Positions 39,795 to 53,060 of a DNA stretch of 64,000 nt are shown here, one piece after another. Location of the stretch: positions 54,188,001 through 54,252,000 of the forward strand of contig NC_043006.1 of the NCBI RefSeq assembly GCF_006345805.1, read 5' to 3'. The notes under the pieces were generated by a model. That model was given only the letters and a program-made list of their open reading frames with translations. It did not search any database and had not been told where the DNA came from. The stretch comes from Octopus sinensis (lineage: Eukaryota). A program made the translations under genes and the position numbers. The first letter of the stretch is position 1. Each line of letters begins with the position of its first letter.

Positions 39795-41537
39795 TTAACC
39801 CTTTAGCGTTCAGATTAATTTTTCAAATGCAATGCTTATTTGTTCACATTATTTGGAATTATTCAGGTTCAAGAGGGATGTCCACAATATTTACTTGTAA
39901 CTTTTTTACATAGTGGTTTGAAATTTTGTCAGTGGGTGCTTATATACTAATGGTTTATATATAGTTCTGTAATTTTAGCTGATCTTTCTGATTAAATTTG
40001 ACTTTTATGGGCAGGTAACTTTAATTAACAGGTGTAAAAGCAGTAACATTATGGATAAACACTAAAATTTAAATTCTTAATGCATCTTACCAGTCTGATT
40101 TGTTACTAAAATTACCCCAGATGTCAACTGCCAACAATTTTGCCACTTTTCAAGATGAGGTACATTAATTTTAATTAATTAAAATACAGGTATAATTGGT
40201 GATTTTATTATTCCTCTATATTTCATTAAAAATATTTTCCTTGAAAATAAAGTACAATTCTCTTTTACTAGTCAATATACCATTGGTTATGTACTCTTAT
40301 ACAATTTAATGAATGCATTTGCCTAACAAAATGCATCTAATAAAAAAAAAAGCTCATTAACAGGTGAGACAAAGGTGAATACAAGTGTGTAACATACTGA
40401 AAATTAATATGCATTTCTCACTTTCGCATATTATTTGTAATAAAATGAAAGGTATATATGGTATTACTATCAAACAACAAAATATAGCTATGCTATATTT
40501 CTATTGTGAAACTGTTCAAAGCATCCTTTACACAAAGGCACCTTTGCAAAATGAACACATATATGAAGTTGAAGTCTTAACCTAACACCCTTTCGCAGTT
40601 TTTGTTTTTTGCAGTGAACATAGTCTGCAAACTTTTTTGTCCTTCTATTTATTTTTTCCACTTTATGGAAGTCAATATTTTCTTTGTTGACATCCACCTA
40701 AGTTAAGTTTGCTTTTCTCCCAGTTCTGTGCTTTCTGGAAAAAAAATATCTTCACATAACTGAGATGCAGTGTCAACTTGAAATTTCAAATGGTCATAGT
40801 TTCTTGGTGGCAGAGGTACCTTGTAGCTTTTTACATAAACAGTATATGAATTAACTATAGCTAGACATAAAGCTGGAGATATATGGATCATTATACCTTA
40901 TATCAGGACTCCAGTAGTTCCACAGATGAGAAAGCTGCTTGCTATCAAACAATGTTTATAGTAAAAAAAACTTGCATTTTCGCAGTATCAGTTGGCTGCC
41001 ATAGTAGATTGGGTCTTCTACAAATAGAAATTATGCATTCAGCAGGTTTATTTGTTTCCTCCACAACTGTTTCAAAAAACTTTTTGGTAGAAATAAAAAC
41101 AGGTAGACTCTGTTGTGAACTAGTCTTTTCTGTGGAATTGGGAAGTGTGCTTGTAGTAATCTTCAACCATGTTTCCATCATGTTTTCAGTATCATTTTCA
41201 TCACTTTCATTATGGTCTGACAAAGATTCATAAATATCAATATCAGATTCGTCCTAAGACTTACCACTGTTGTTTTCATTTATATTTTGTACACCATCAA
41301 GAGTAAAGCCTTTAAAGTAGGAATTGCTACTTGCTGATGCCATATCATTAAAAACTAAGATATACATTTCTCTTCAAACATTGAAAAAAACCCAAGAAGT
41401 TTCAAAATTTATTTTTACTTGAATAAAGACAGGAAAGGCTTTATCTTACATAATCTCAAAGCTACAAGAATTCAGTAATGTGATTTGTTTATTTTTTTTT
41501 TTAGTGATTTTGGTCAGTCTGAACACTAAAGTGTTAA
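39795..41537 (-). mobile_element. Internally deleted piggyBac transposon with TTAA TSDs
   Basis: TTAA|CCCTTTAGCGTTCAGA ... TCTGAACACTAAAGTG|TTAA; remnant from ATG at 41343: acidic N-terminus, VVEETNK...WQPT, YWSPD...FMS joined to AIVNSY...DHLKF, then frameshifted VCRLC...MCSFCK/VPLCKGCFEQFH. Confidence 0.9.
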
Positions 41538-44500
41538 AACATCATACAACTTGATAGCTAAATAGTTCATCTTGTGAAAGCTTATTTAACATGTTATGAC
41601 TGACACAATAAACAATTTGTAGGCTTATTGGTATCTTCTTCAGTCTGATGGGGTGTTTGCTGTATGATTTGTTGAATGCATTGTAATACTACTAAGTAAT
41701 AAATGAACTGTATTGCAGAGTGGTTAGCAAGATCTGGCAAATTTTAATTGCATAAAATTATTTGGAACATTGTATATCACAATGATCAATCAGTTCAGTG
41801 ATTGAAACCATATTTAATCTTGTCTGGTGATATTGTAGTGTAGAAATATATGTCATGGTAGTGTTTGAGTATGAGTTACCCAGCATTTTCTATGTCATTT
41901 AATGGTTTGTCTCCAAAATCATGGGCTGCAAGGGCTGCAAGACTCTTTAGTCTTCCTAGCTTGTGATTATATCAATTTGCATTCAGTCATAAGAGTACTT
42001 CATCAGAATTAGATGAATTTGCAAATCTATCTTAGCTCCAAACCATATAAATTGATAAAAACAATATTTTTTACTAACACTGCATTACCACTATCTTCTT
42101 CATCATCATCATCATCCTCATTACAACCACAGAATCTACTACTTTCACTACTGCCACCATCACCTCCATTTCAAATACTACTTACTCTTAAATGATAGAT
42201 ATGCCACCATCACCAACATCTCCCTATTTATTTCCTTTCTATTATTTTTTCTACCTCCCACCTATGTAAATTGATAACACCAGTTTTGGGGATAGCACTG
42301 TATTCTAATTAAAAAAGCTTAATAACAAATTATTAATGAGAAGTCTGGTTCTGTGGTTGAAATCCGTCTACTTTCATGGAATTAGTAGAGACTTTTCACA
42401 TTCCTTTATGTTTTTACACATCTAATCACATTAAGTTGGCTAGCTAACTCATTTTTTGTTAGAGATATTCTTACACTGTTCAGAGGTTAATCAGAATAAG
42501 ATTATTGAGATGTATGTGTTGTATAGTAAGATCTAGGGTGATATTTTGTGTAGTATGTGATGTAGTGTAATGTGTTGTTTATAATAGGATGTTGTGACAT
42601 ATATATTATAATGCACTGTAATTTAGTATGTTTTGTATAAAATTGTGTTTTCACAATGGTGTAGGTGCATTTTTGTTATATTGTGACACTTATGTTCTAT
42701 CATAAATTATATCATAAGCAATGGTAATTTTTCCTCTTTGTAAAGTTAAGATCTTTTCTGAAACCTGTAGGATGAAACAAAGATGGTTGTGGAGTTGGCT
42801 GTGGTGATGATAGTACAAATTATGATGTGGTCAGTAATTAATGGAAGCTATTAAGAAACAAATAAATGAAAACTAAAGATGAATCCACTCTGTTCATTTT
42901 ACTCCTGATGTTGTCTTCTTTGTTCTTCAGAGTAAATGAAATTGTGCCAAATAAAATAGCAGATTAATTTCTCAAAGTAAATCTCAGACAAGCAGACACA
43001 TTAAGCTGACAAAGGAATACATTATCTAATTAGTCTCATTAATCAACATCTGTATTACTCATTTATTTATTTATTTGAGATGAGCAGCAATTTGTTCTAC
43101 TGTAGACCAATCCAAATTATGTTGGCTATCATGGAAAAACAAATGGTTTATCAATGATGGTGATCATTGTTATATAACATTTGTAAAGAGAGTGAGCAAA
43201 TGGTGAAGAGAGAGAGAAAAGGAGAGAGTAAAATTCTTTTTTGATGTCAAAGTCTGTGTCGGTGTGTGGTGTGGGAAAGCTGTGTGAAATGAAAAGAAGA
43301 GGTGAAGGTAGATTTTGATTGGAGCAGGAAAACTGTAGAGAGAAGTAAAAATATATTAGCGAGTGTGTGAAAACTAAAGGAGAGCAAAGCAAATGTAAGA
43401 ATAAAGAAGGGAATAAAAGTAACAGCAGTGACATTTACAGTAACAAAAAAAGTGGTGGTGGTGGGTTTTTTGTTGTTGCGCATATTAGTAATGATTATTG
43501 ATTAGTTGTAAAAATGAAGATGTTTTTCTAGAAGAACTGTTTATAGTTTTATAATTTCGTTCCATTCCTAACATGACAGTATCTGTGATGTCCAACTGAC
43601 AGCTGTTTAGCCAAACTAGATTGATTCAAACTATTGTTCCATTGAGTAAACAGTGCCAGTACAATGTTTACTGTGGAAGGGTTTCTAAGTCATTGACCTA
43701 TTGTTTAGTTCTACACAATAAATGTCGTCTTTCTTAAACTTACATTTTGAGTTCAAATCCTGCCATGGTTGACTTTGTTTTTCCTAACTCTGAGGGTCAA
43801 TTAAAAAGTACCACACAGGTGTGGCTGAGTGGTACAAAGCTTGCTTCCCAACCACATGGTTCTTTTGTAGAATGGCATCACAATTAATATTTTGGGAATA
43901 TACTTAATACCCATTTTTTAATCAATACTATGAAAAGCCCAATGATATGCACCAGTCCACACACACACACACACCCGTGCCTTTTTTTTTTTGTTAGCTG
44001 GCTTCCCTTTTTTGTTACATTGTATGAAAGTGGAAGTTAGAATAAATGGCTATGATGAGACAAGTAGAATAAAGAATAACAGTATTAGAAAAGGAAGTGG
44101 ATCAGGTAGAGAAATAGATAGGTTGGAACATTGATTATCCAACAGTCAACCAGCAAGCAAAACAGGCAGTCAGGTGAACAGACAGTGAAATGCAAGGATA
44201 GTTAGAAGAAAAAGTGAGAGAAGAAATAGCCTGAGTAAAAGAGAGGTGGAAAGAAGAATGATAAAGTTTCACAATAGAGAATAAAAATTAGAGTGTAGCA
44301 TGTTATAATAATAGAAGTATTGAGAGAATGAAAGCTGCAGAGAGACCAAATTTGTATGATATCAGTGTGTCTGTGTTGTTGTTGCTGATGGTGGTGGTGT
44401 GAGTGATGAGATGATGTGAAAGCAGTTTTGATTGAAGTTTGGAGAGGGGCAACTATAGAGCTAGAAAAAGAAATGATGAAATGTGTGAGAAAAGTGAAGA

Positions 44501-47029
44501 GCAAAGTGAATGAATGCAAGAAATGAAAAGATGAGTTTCCAACTATTTAACAAGTAAAACTGATTTTTAAAAAAGGGGTGGGGAGAGCAAAAAAAAGCTT
44601 TCATATCAAGATGACACTTCTGAAGAGGTCAGTGCTTGATGTGAATTGGAGAGAGGGCACGCTGTAAAACAAAGCACAACTTAAGGTGAAATGAAACACA
44701 AGTAAACGGAGTAAGAAGTGAATCAGAAAGATCAAGAATTACTGAGAGTTCATATCATAGATCAAATTGGTAGTTTACCCTTAAACCCTGTTGCTTTAGT
44801 GCCAGATACCAAGGGGTTATGACAGGTAGCAAGGCATTGTGAAACCTATCTAAACCAAGCCAGCATGGAAAAAGTTGGACATTAAATGGTAATGACAATT
44901 GTGTGTGTGCGTGCATATATGAAGTGGTGTAATGCTGTTCTCCTACATACAGGACCACACATGCAACTACTGATGCCTAAGAAGGCACTTGATCTTTTGC
45001 AGGCATATTTATTGGTGAAAGATGTAAACATTGGCAAGAAAAAAAGTACCTTTGTGTGATGTTTGTTCTGTCCTAGTTGTCGTGATGTTTCCTTGTTATA
45101 CTTACCATCATATACCTAGTGAACTAGTAATGAAAATCTTTAAAAAAAAAAATTTTTTTTTTAAATTATGATTTGCACCTGAATTTCCACCAAACCTATT
45201 CAAAATTGGCATCAGCTGTGCAATTTCGCCATTCTGTGAAGGTCTACAAAGGCCATGGGTCACTATTCTTTCCTCTCTTTCTCTTCTCTGATTCCCACAC
45301 TTATGCATTACATACATAGCCACACACGTTAGGTGACAAAGAAAATGTTGTTCTCCCTATTAGTAACCCCTAGTAGATCCTAAGGTTTTTGAAACATTTA
45401 AGAAGTAAATAAGAATCACTTTAAAACTGTAGTGAGAAATTCTCCTCCCAGAGCTGTCCGCCTTGCCGTTGGTGGAGGGGCCCGAGCTTACTGCTGGTTT
45501 TCTTTTGACTTTCAAAAGCTTTTTTTTTTCCCTTTCTGTTTTGTGTTTCCCCTGTGAAAAGGACTAAATATACATACATATACATATATGTATCTGTGTG
45601 TCTGTTCATATAGTGTGCCTGTGTGTGTGTATATATATAAATATATATATTTGCACATACATACACATATACATTAAAAAACAATGATGCTTTTTCTTTC
45701 CGGTCTCATTTTAAAAATATATAAAACATGAAGAAAAAAAAACAACAAAAAACAAACGAAATTCACTTAAGAAATATCTAACAGGAAATCTTTGCAGAAA
45801 GCCGCAAAAGGGACAGCTGATAAATTCTTATCTATTTCTTCATTATGTTTCAAAAAGAAAAAAAAAGCCTATTATTATGAGGATTCTTATTTTTTATTTA
45901 CTTCTCTCTACTCTATTAAATTCTTTTTTTCCTCCCCTTAACTTTGGGTATTTCAGAGGAAGTGTAGAAATTGGTGTGAAGTCTTTATAAAATAAAGCGT
46001 TTATTCTTTAAATGTTTTGTGAAGGAAATCTTTTTCCAGAAAATATTTGTCACAGTTCAGTTTTATCTGTTAAGGCAAAAAAAACAAGCTAAATTGCATA
46101 GTTATGTGTTGCACTTTTGCGTGGGTTTATTTGGACCTCTTGTGGAGCACATCTACATTTTCATCTATAAAGAATAAGCAATTTACATTTACTCTCTCTC
46201 TCCCTCCCCCTCTTCCCCTCTCCCTAGCCTTTTATATCTAAATTTCTAATGAAATTCACTGCCTTTGCATGTCAATTAATTATGAAAATAATCAACAATT
46301 TGGAGGCATTTAGTTGATTAATTAACTTTTATATCCATTTCTATACCATGCTGATGTTAAAATTTATGATGGCAAGTTTTGATATGAATAGCCGTACTTT
46401 CAAATGAGCAAACTTTGTACCAAAGAACCAGAGGTGGTCTTAGGTGGGTTGGTATCAAAAAGGATTAAGATATCTCACTACGCTAAGAATATTTAAGATA
46501 TAGTCACTCTCAAATCTATCTTTCCAGATAAATATGCCCTCCTCTTTTCCAAGGATTAGTGATTAGAAAGTGCAAGATGAAAATACTTGAACCATGTAGA
46601 AAGAAACTTAATTTGGAAAGAAAGTTTGTGGTAATTAAAGTAAGTCTGTGGGTGGTAGGCTTCCTTTACATGGTTGCTAAGTCTGCTAGAACTAGCAGCT
46701 AAATCTTCCTCCAAAATCACTCCCTGCTGTCTTTCAGAAAAGACAGGGATAATATAATCTTATATAAAAAAAGTTGGGTTTTTTTTTAATGTTAGGATCC
46801 CTGCAAGAAATTTTTTGATCATAGGTCTGCTTTAGCAGGATTGATTTGATGATGCCATCACTTAGTCCCTCTATGCCTTTAGCGGAATTCTTTGTGTTGT
46901 AAGCATTCGGACAAGACCCACACTATTTTTCTTGCAGTTGTTTAGGTTGAGTATCAGTCACACCAATCTCACCAAATTGAGATGTACAAGAATAATAAGT
47001 TTATACTTTCTCATGTGAGTAACTTTTAA

Positions 47030-47230
47030 TTAACCCTTTAGTATTTTTAATCTGTTTTATGTTCAAACTGACCAGATCCAGGCCCTCACACCTACCTTAC
47101 AATGTTATTCTACATTAGGTAATTACACCATCAAGATCTTGAAGATATGAGATAATGCATGATTAATTCAAATCAATGTGAATCAATTAGCAATATGTTT
47201 GATAGAATAATCAGAACACTAAAGGGTTAA
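47030..47230 (+). mobile_element. piggyBac MITE family 1
   Basis: TTAA|CCCTTTAG...CTAAAGGG|TTAA. Confidence 0.9.
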
Positions 47231-47241
47231 CAGACACATTC

Positions 47242-47297
47242 AAGGTATGCAGCAGATTGAATGTTGTAAAAGGTATGCAGCAGATTGAATGTTGTAA
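47242..47297. repeat. Perfect 28-bp tandem duplication
   Basis: AAGGTATGCAGCAGATTGAATGTTGTAA x2. Confidence 0.95.
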
Positions 47298-49178
47298 ATA
47301 CAGAAAGCCTTTATGATTTGTAATATATGCAGTGTGGGGTACTTTGCTGTATGTAACAATGCCATCATCCTTTTAATGTCTCTTTTTCCTTGCTTGCATG
47401 GGTCAAACAGAATCCATCGAAGCAAATTTTCTAAGGCCAGCTGCCCTTCCTGTTGCTGACCCTCACCTGATTACTAGCAAAGTAATGTTACTCCATGACT
47501 GGATATGTTTTCACAGAAAACTGGAAATGCAGGACACTCATAAATATTCCTTCATGTCAAGATAAAGACGTGCATTTAGTATTCTGAAAGAAGCCTATTG
47601 TATATGTGTGTAACCACATGCATATACAATAGCAAGTCTTTGGTTCACTAGCAGATCTTTGGTTGGCCTGTGGCTATAGTAGAAGACACTAGCCTAAGGT
47701 GCCATGCCATTCAGTGAGATTGAACCCAAAACCATATGACTCGGAAGTAAACTTAACCTACAGCCATCCTTGCACCTTGATAAATTATATAAATGGTGCA
47801 GTGTTTTGATTCAAGAACAGATAATGATGTGGTGGCAGAGATGGGTGTACATGTTTGTTGTGGCAGTGAACAGGAAATCACTACCAGATAGAGTGATCAT
47901 CTGGGGTGAACTATGAATTTACAGAAAGCTGAAGGATGCTGTTTCAATGGCTAGATATTAGTATCAATAACAACATACATACAAAAACAAAGAATTTAGA
48001 ACAGTAGTTCTCAACTTTTTTAGTCCTGCTTCACTCAGATGGACCCTTGTAGCCATTTGATGTTTAAATAAAATCTTATTATATTTTTATTATCAAATAT
48101 TATTAGGAATTGTATAAAAAAATGTTAAGATATTTTGTGTATTGTGGAAGTATAACCAATTTATTGCAGATACATTTTGACAATAAAATCTTGTGTGGAC
48201 TTCCAAGGACCATACAGACCCTGGTTGAAATCCATTGAATTAGAATATAGTCAAGTAGTTATAGGTTCAGTGTTAAAGAAAGAATTGTTGAGAAATCTTT
48301 TGCAAAATAAAAATGGTTTGGTTTGGCGTAACTGTTTAGCTCCAGGACATAACTGGTTGAGAAGACTAATGGCATTACAGCTGTGACCATCTGCTAATTT
48401 TCTTTGATACAGTGTATCTAGGGCCCCATTATCAAATATTTCATTCCTCTGTCAGATGGTAGAAGGCATTTTGGCTTTAGTTTCTAGCAGGTCAAGTGAC
48501 CACATAGAAGCTCTCTCATTAGTATAAAGTCTTACCAGGATGGAGACAGAACCAGATGTAAATGGCTACAAGTAGTAGGTTACACTATTTTTCATGATTG
48601 CATGCTGCTATTCTTTTTCATATGGGTTACCTGGTACTTTAGCATTTTAAAATTTAAAGGTAAGAATTGTATTGAATATTTTCATTTGTTTATTGGCTGT
48701 TTATTTTTTTCTGTGCAAGCATGGATTGAGCTTGGATTTATTTGAGGCAAGATTTTACAGAAAAATGTTTGTTTTGTTACCAACCCTTACCTGTTTTTTT
48801 CAAGTGAGGGGTTTATTTTATTCCACAGGTTTTCAAAACTGCTGAGTGACTGCTCATAATATCAACAAGGAATGTAAACCATCATAATACTGTTGTACTC
48901 AATGACAAGAGAAAGCATGGAAAGTCAACAGTCATACTCACATGCATGTGCACACACACACACACACACACACACAACTGGTTTTGTACAGTTTCCTTCT
49001 AATAGAATTATCCACGTTGCATTAGTCAACCTGGGACAATAGTACAAGATACTTGCTGAAAGTGCTGCACCATGGGACGGAAACTGGAACCATATGGTTG
49101 CGAAGCAAATTTATTACCCACACAGCCATGCTTGCACCTTTGTATTAGATAATCAGCCAATACATTTCTAAATCAAAA

Positions 49179-49722
49179 GGCAGTTCTCATTGGTCAGTTC
49201 ATGAGGGGCTTCTTGACAGCATCTGTTCTCTAGGCTGAATTTGTGGAGGACCAAGTTCTACTGACAATGTACAAGTGCTTGTGTTTGGCTGTTGTTCAAC
49301 TATTTCAAGCAAAGCGTCATCTTCCACAGCAAAGGGTCTCCCTGACCTTGGTTTGACTTCGAGGCTGCTGTCACCTTCCTCGAAATATCTGAACTAGTTT
49401 TATGCTGCGTGTTTTTTGACCATTCCTGAGATTTCCACATCATTAATTTCTTCTGCTGCTGTCCGTGCACTCAGTCCTTTTTTTCAAAGGTTGCATCAAA
49501 TGGCTCTAATTGCAATTTTTTTGGCCACTCATTATCAAAACTGTAAAATAAAGAATAAACAATGTTTATGTGTTATGTGTGAAAATAAGAATAAACAAAC
49601 AATTCAGCAACAATTGGATAACATGTATCAAATTAATGATATAACATCATCATCATCACGGAGATACAAATTGCCAAAAATTATCAGTGAAAGTCAAAAA
49701 AAAACTTTTGACTCAGCTTGAT
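49179..49722 (-). mobile_element. Mariner 5' half (TIR plus N-terminal HTH remnant)
   Basis: minus-strand TIR TCAAGCTGAGTCAAAAG; ATG at 49532; frames give KGLSARTAAEEIND, FEEGDSSLEVKPRSGRP, APHELT. Confidence 0.85.
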
Positions 49723-49723
49723 A

Positions 49724-49890
49724 TATATGCACACACACAATGAGCTTCAACACAGTTTCTTACTATCAAATTCCCTCAGAAAGGCATTGGTCGGCCCAGA
49801 GCTATAGAAAAAGATAGCCAAAATGCCATGCTGTGGGACTGAGCTCACGCCCATGTGGTTGTAAAGTAACCTTCTTAGGCACAAAGCTAT
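49724..49890 (-). mobile_element. SINE family A head abutting the mariner TIR
   Basis: TA/CA tract then CAGTTTC...GGCATTGGTCGGCCC...GTGGGACTGAGC. Confidence 0.7.
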
Positions 49891-50111
49891 GTTTGTGTCT
49901 ATGATGTACTACATTAAGTTCAAGTTAGATGGGGAAAATAGACAGAAACAAAAGGTATTTGTTAATGTATGCAGGAGAGACAACTATATCGTTAATAGAA
50001 TTAATTAGACTTTTAACGTCCTGTAAGACATGGATCAACATGGCACCATATCTGTCAATCCTATACTACCTGAAACCACATGAATCAAGCCATCATTATT
50101 TACATTGATAT

Positions 50112-50340
50112 TTAACTCTTTAGCATTTAAATCGGCCATATCTGGCCAAAATTTTCTTGTTGTATTATGTTCAAATTGACCAGATCTGCTTTCTCACACC
50201 TACCCTACAATTTTAGTCTAAAAAATATACAGTCACATAATCGAAATCTCAAAGTTACAAGATAACGTATGATAAATTCAAAGCAAATTGAATAAATAAA
50301 TGTTACATTTGACAGAATAATCTAAATACTAAAGGGTTAA
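50112..50340 (+). mobile_element. piggyBac MITE family 1
   Basis: TTAA|CTCTTTAGCATT...AATACTAAAGGG|TTAA. Confidence 0.9.
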
Positions 50341-50825
50341 ATAAAGTTATGAACTCCCTAATAATCTAAGGGAGAAATTACTTCCTTCCTTTCTTTATCA
50401 TTTTGTTTACATTCTACAAAGTTTATTACTAACATTGATTCTCATGTTGCTGTATCTTTGCAAATTTTACCTGAAGTAGTTTTCATCAAAACACACTTTG
50501 AAAAATGTTTGCTAATCATTTTTTGAGTGGCTTTTTGATAATAACCAGAATAGATTATTTTATTTGTGAACACTTGATGTATAACATCAGTGTATCTACT
50601 TTTTCATCAGGTGATTTGAACAAATTATTACTTGAAGAATGGTTAGATATTAAGTTATTTGTGAGTGCTGTTGGTTCAAAAATGCCTTGAGGACTGTTGT
50701 GTATTCGTTTCAACTATTTCTGTTGAGTTTTAATTGGTACACTTGTCCAACAAGCTAATTTTTGTGTAGAGCAAAATGAAGTAGTCATATTTGTTATTAT
50801 GTGTATTGATAAAATTCATACTTAC

Positions 50826-50885
50826 CTGGGTATGTTGTTTTCTGATAGGTGTAACAACTTGCCTGTAAATTACACCATGAATAAG
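50826..50885 (-). other. Candidate 60-nt exon of an unidentified gene
   Basis: pyrimidine-rich acceptor ending TTTTTCCAG and consensus donor CAG|GTAAGT; two frames open; no recognisable homology. Confidence 0.35.
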
Positions 50886-52804
50886 CTGGAAAAAAAGTAA
50901 AGGAGAACTTGTTTGTCATTTTTCTTTTTCTTTTTGATGTTTATGTTTATATCAGTTATAATTCATTATATTTAATCTTTATTTTCATCATGTTTGAGTG
51001 TTTTTTTTTTTTAATAGTTATTATTATTCAATTAATTTAACAACCACATAGGCACAACATTATTTTTAGCACAGGTTACATTAGGAAAACTGAGCCATTT
51101 CTGCAATGCTACCAGTTTCCATAATAATCTAACCATAAGTAAAGGCACAAATCCATTTTTAGGTATTTTCTGTCCAGTCATTACAAAACTGAGATTTTGA
51201 GTTAGAAAATTTTCAATAAGTTTATGAATGTTGTATAGCTATATTGTTAACAGCATTAATTAATGTCTGTAGGAGGAACAGCATTATTATTACACTTATA
51301 TAATGTGAATGTATGTAGGAGAAACAATTATACTATTAATTATATAATCTGAATGAATGATGTATATTAGTGAAAAGTGCTGTGAATTGATGAGAGAGAG
51401 ACAGTATCTATGTATGTATATATGTACATACACACACCATAGTATATTATCTAGTATATATAAATCACAGTATGTGTGTGTATAACGACTAATGCATACA
51501 TTTCCACAATTCTCAACCAATTTTCACCAAACTTTACACACACATTGCTTATGTCCCAAGGATGGCCATGCACTAAACATTTTGCTCAGATCTCTTGCGT
51601 AAATGGACATAGTTTTTTGTATGTAGGGTCTTCCCATAGTATTTTAGTCTTTTTATACGAGTGGAAGGATTTTATCTATTTATTTATTTCAACCTACCAC
51701 GGTGATTAAATTGATTAGGAATACTGTTCGTGATGGATATCCAGTACTAAATAGTCTTCATATTTAATCTGCATTAAACTTTGGCAAGCTTACCTTTTTG
51801 AAAGGCGATGTTCCCTTCCCTCTCTTCTATTTGTTGATACCTTTGTTTACCTACCAAAGTGTTGTTTCACTTTAAGGGTGTTTATTGACCCATCCATTAT
51901 GATATTTTGACTGTTGTCCGTTATTTCAAATATGTTTTAGCATTGTCATTCTTGCCTTTTTTAAGCAATCACATATAATTCATCCTAAACAATCAACCTT
52001 TAAATAGGAGTTTTGCTTCTACTAGCAAAAGCTATGTGTATCTTTCAGAAAGCTCCACACCAATCTGACTTTATGCAGCATTTGCTGTTAGTTTATGCGA
52101 AGGCTATGTGGGAAGACAGAATAAAGGGGCTTTTGTTAGCTTATCTCTCTGAAAATATAGCTCCCTTTGCTGTTGAAAAAATAAACTTGCAGAGGGGAAG
52201 TTTCAACGTCTTCCTTCAATTTCATTACATCATTTCTGTGGATGTTTCTGACAAGAAATTTCACTTTCATGTAAAACAACTATATTTTGTTGTCATTATC
52301 CATAATCTACTCCCAAAACACTTCAGTAACTCTACTTTGCATTGCTTGCCAGCTTATATGTTCTATGATCATTAAAGTGCAACAACCTCCGCAATAACCA
52401 GCCTTCATTTTGACTTTCCATTCCCAGGTTAATCAGAAACATAAATTGCCGTGCTACTCATAAATCCCCTTGGTAGTTCAATTGTTTGGTGAAAAAAATA
52501 CTACCAAAGCAACTTAAACCGTCTAAAGGACGGGTGCGTTTGCTAGTTAGCATACATAACTTTGTCTGCTTTAAAAATAATTTGTAACTGAATTAAACCA
52601 AAGCAGTGTATTGTCTGTATTATGAATGGTTTTGGAGTTTACTCATTAACAATACCAATTCTACAGAAATTAATTGCCCCACTCCCCCTTTTCTCTCATT
52701 GTCACTATATAGCATGATAGTAATTTCTTTGCTTTTTTCTTCAATTACTTTTTATTTATATTCATATATGCATTACTCAAGAAACAGGAAGAAAGAGTGA
52801 GAGA

Positions 52805-52927
52805 AAGTTGGGGCGATAGAGTACAATAGGGGTCGCCAACACACACAACGTCCGGTCTGAGAATCGAAACTGCGATCCTCTGACCGCGAGTCCACTGCCC
52901 TAAGCACTGGGCCATTGCGCTTCCACA
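52805..52927 (-). mobile_element. tRNA-derived SINE head
   Basis: minus strand GTGGAAGCGCAATGGCCCAGTGCTTAGGGC...GTTTCGATTCTCAGACC; no complete cloverleaf. Confidence 0.7.
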
Positions 52928-52939
52928 CAATGTCATTCT

Positions 52940-53060
52940 AGTAATTAAAAAATCACGTCATTAAAATCTTGACATTACAATATTATGTATGGTTAGTTTA
53001 AAATAATGTGCATAAATAAGTATAAGATTTGACAAAATCATCTGAATTTTAAAGGGTTAA
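52940..53060 (+). mobile_element. piggyBac MITE family 1, right half
   Basis: AATCACGTCATTAAAATCT...TCTGAATTTTAAAGGG|TTAA. Confidence 0.7.

Noticed and set aside
50819-50830. ATACTTACCTGG, identical to the U1 snRNA 5' end
   Set aside because: The match stops there; it is the reverse complement of a consensus 5' splice site
52013-52375. 120-aa ORF in a TE-poor region
   Set aside because: Non-ATG start and no recognisable motif; not supportable as a CDS
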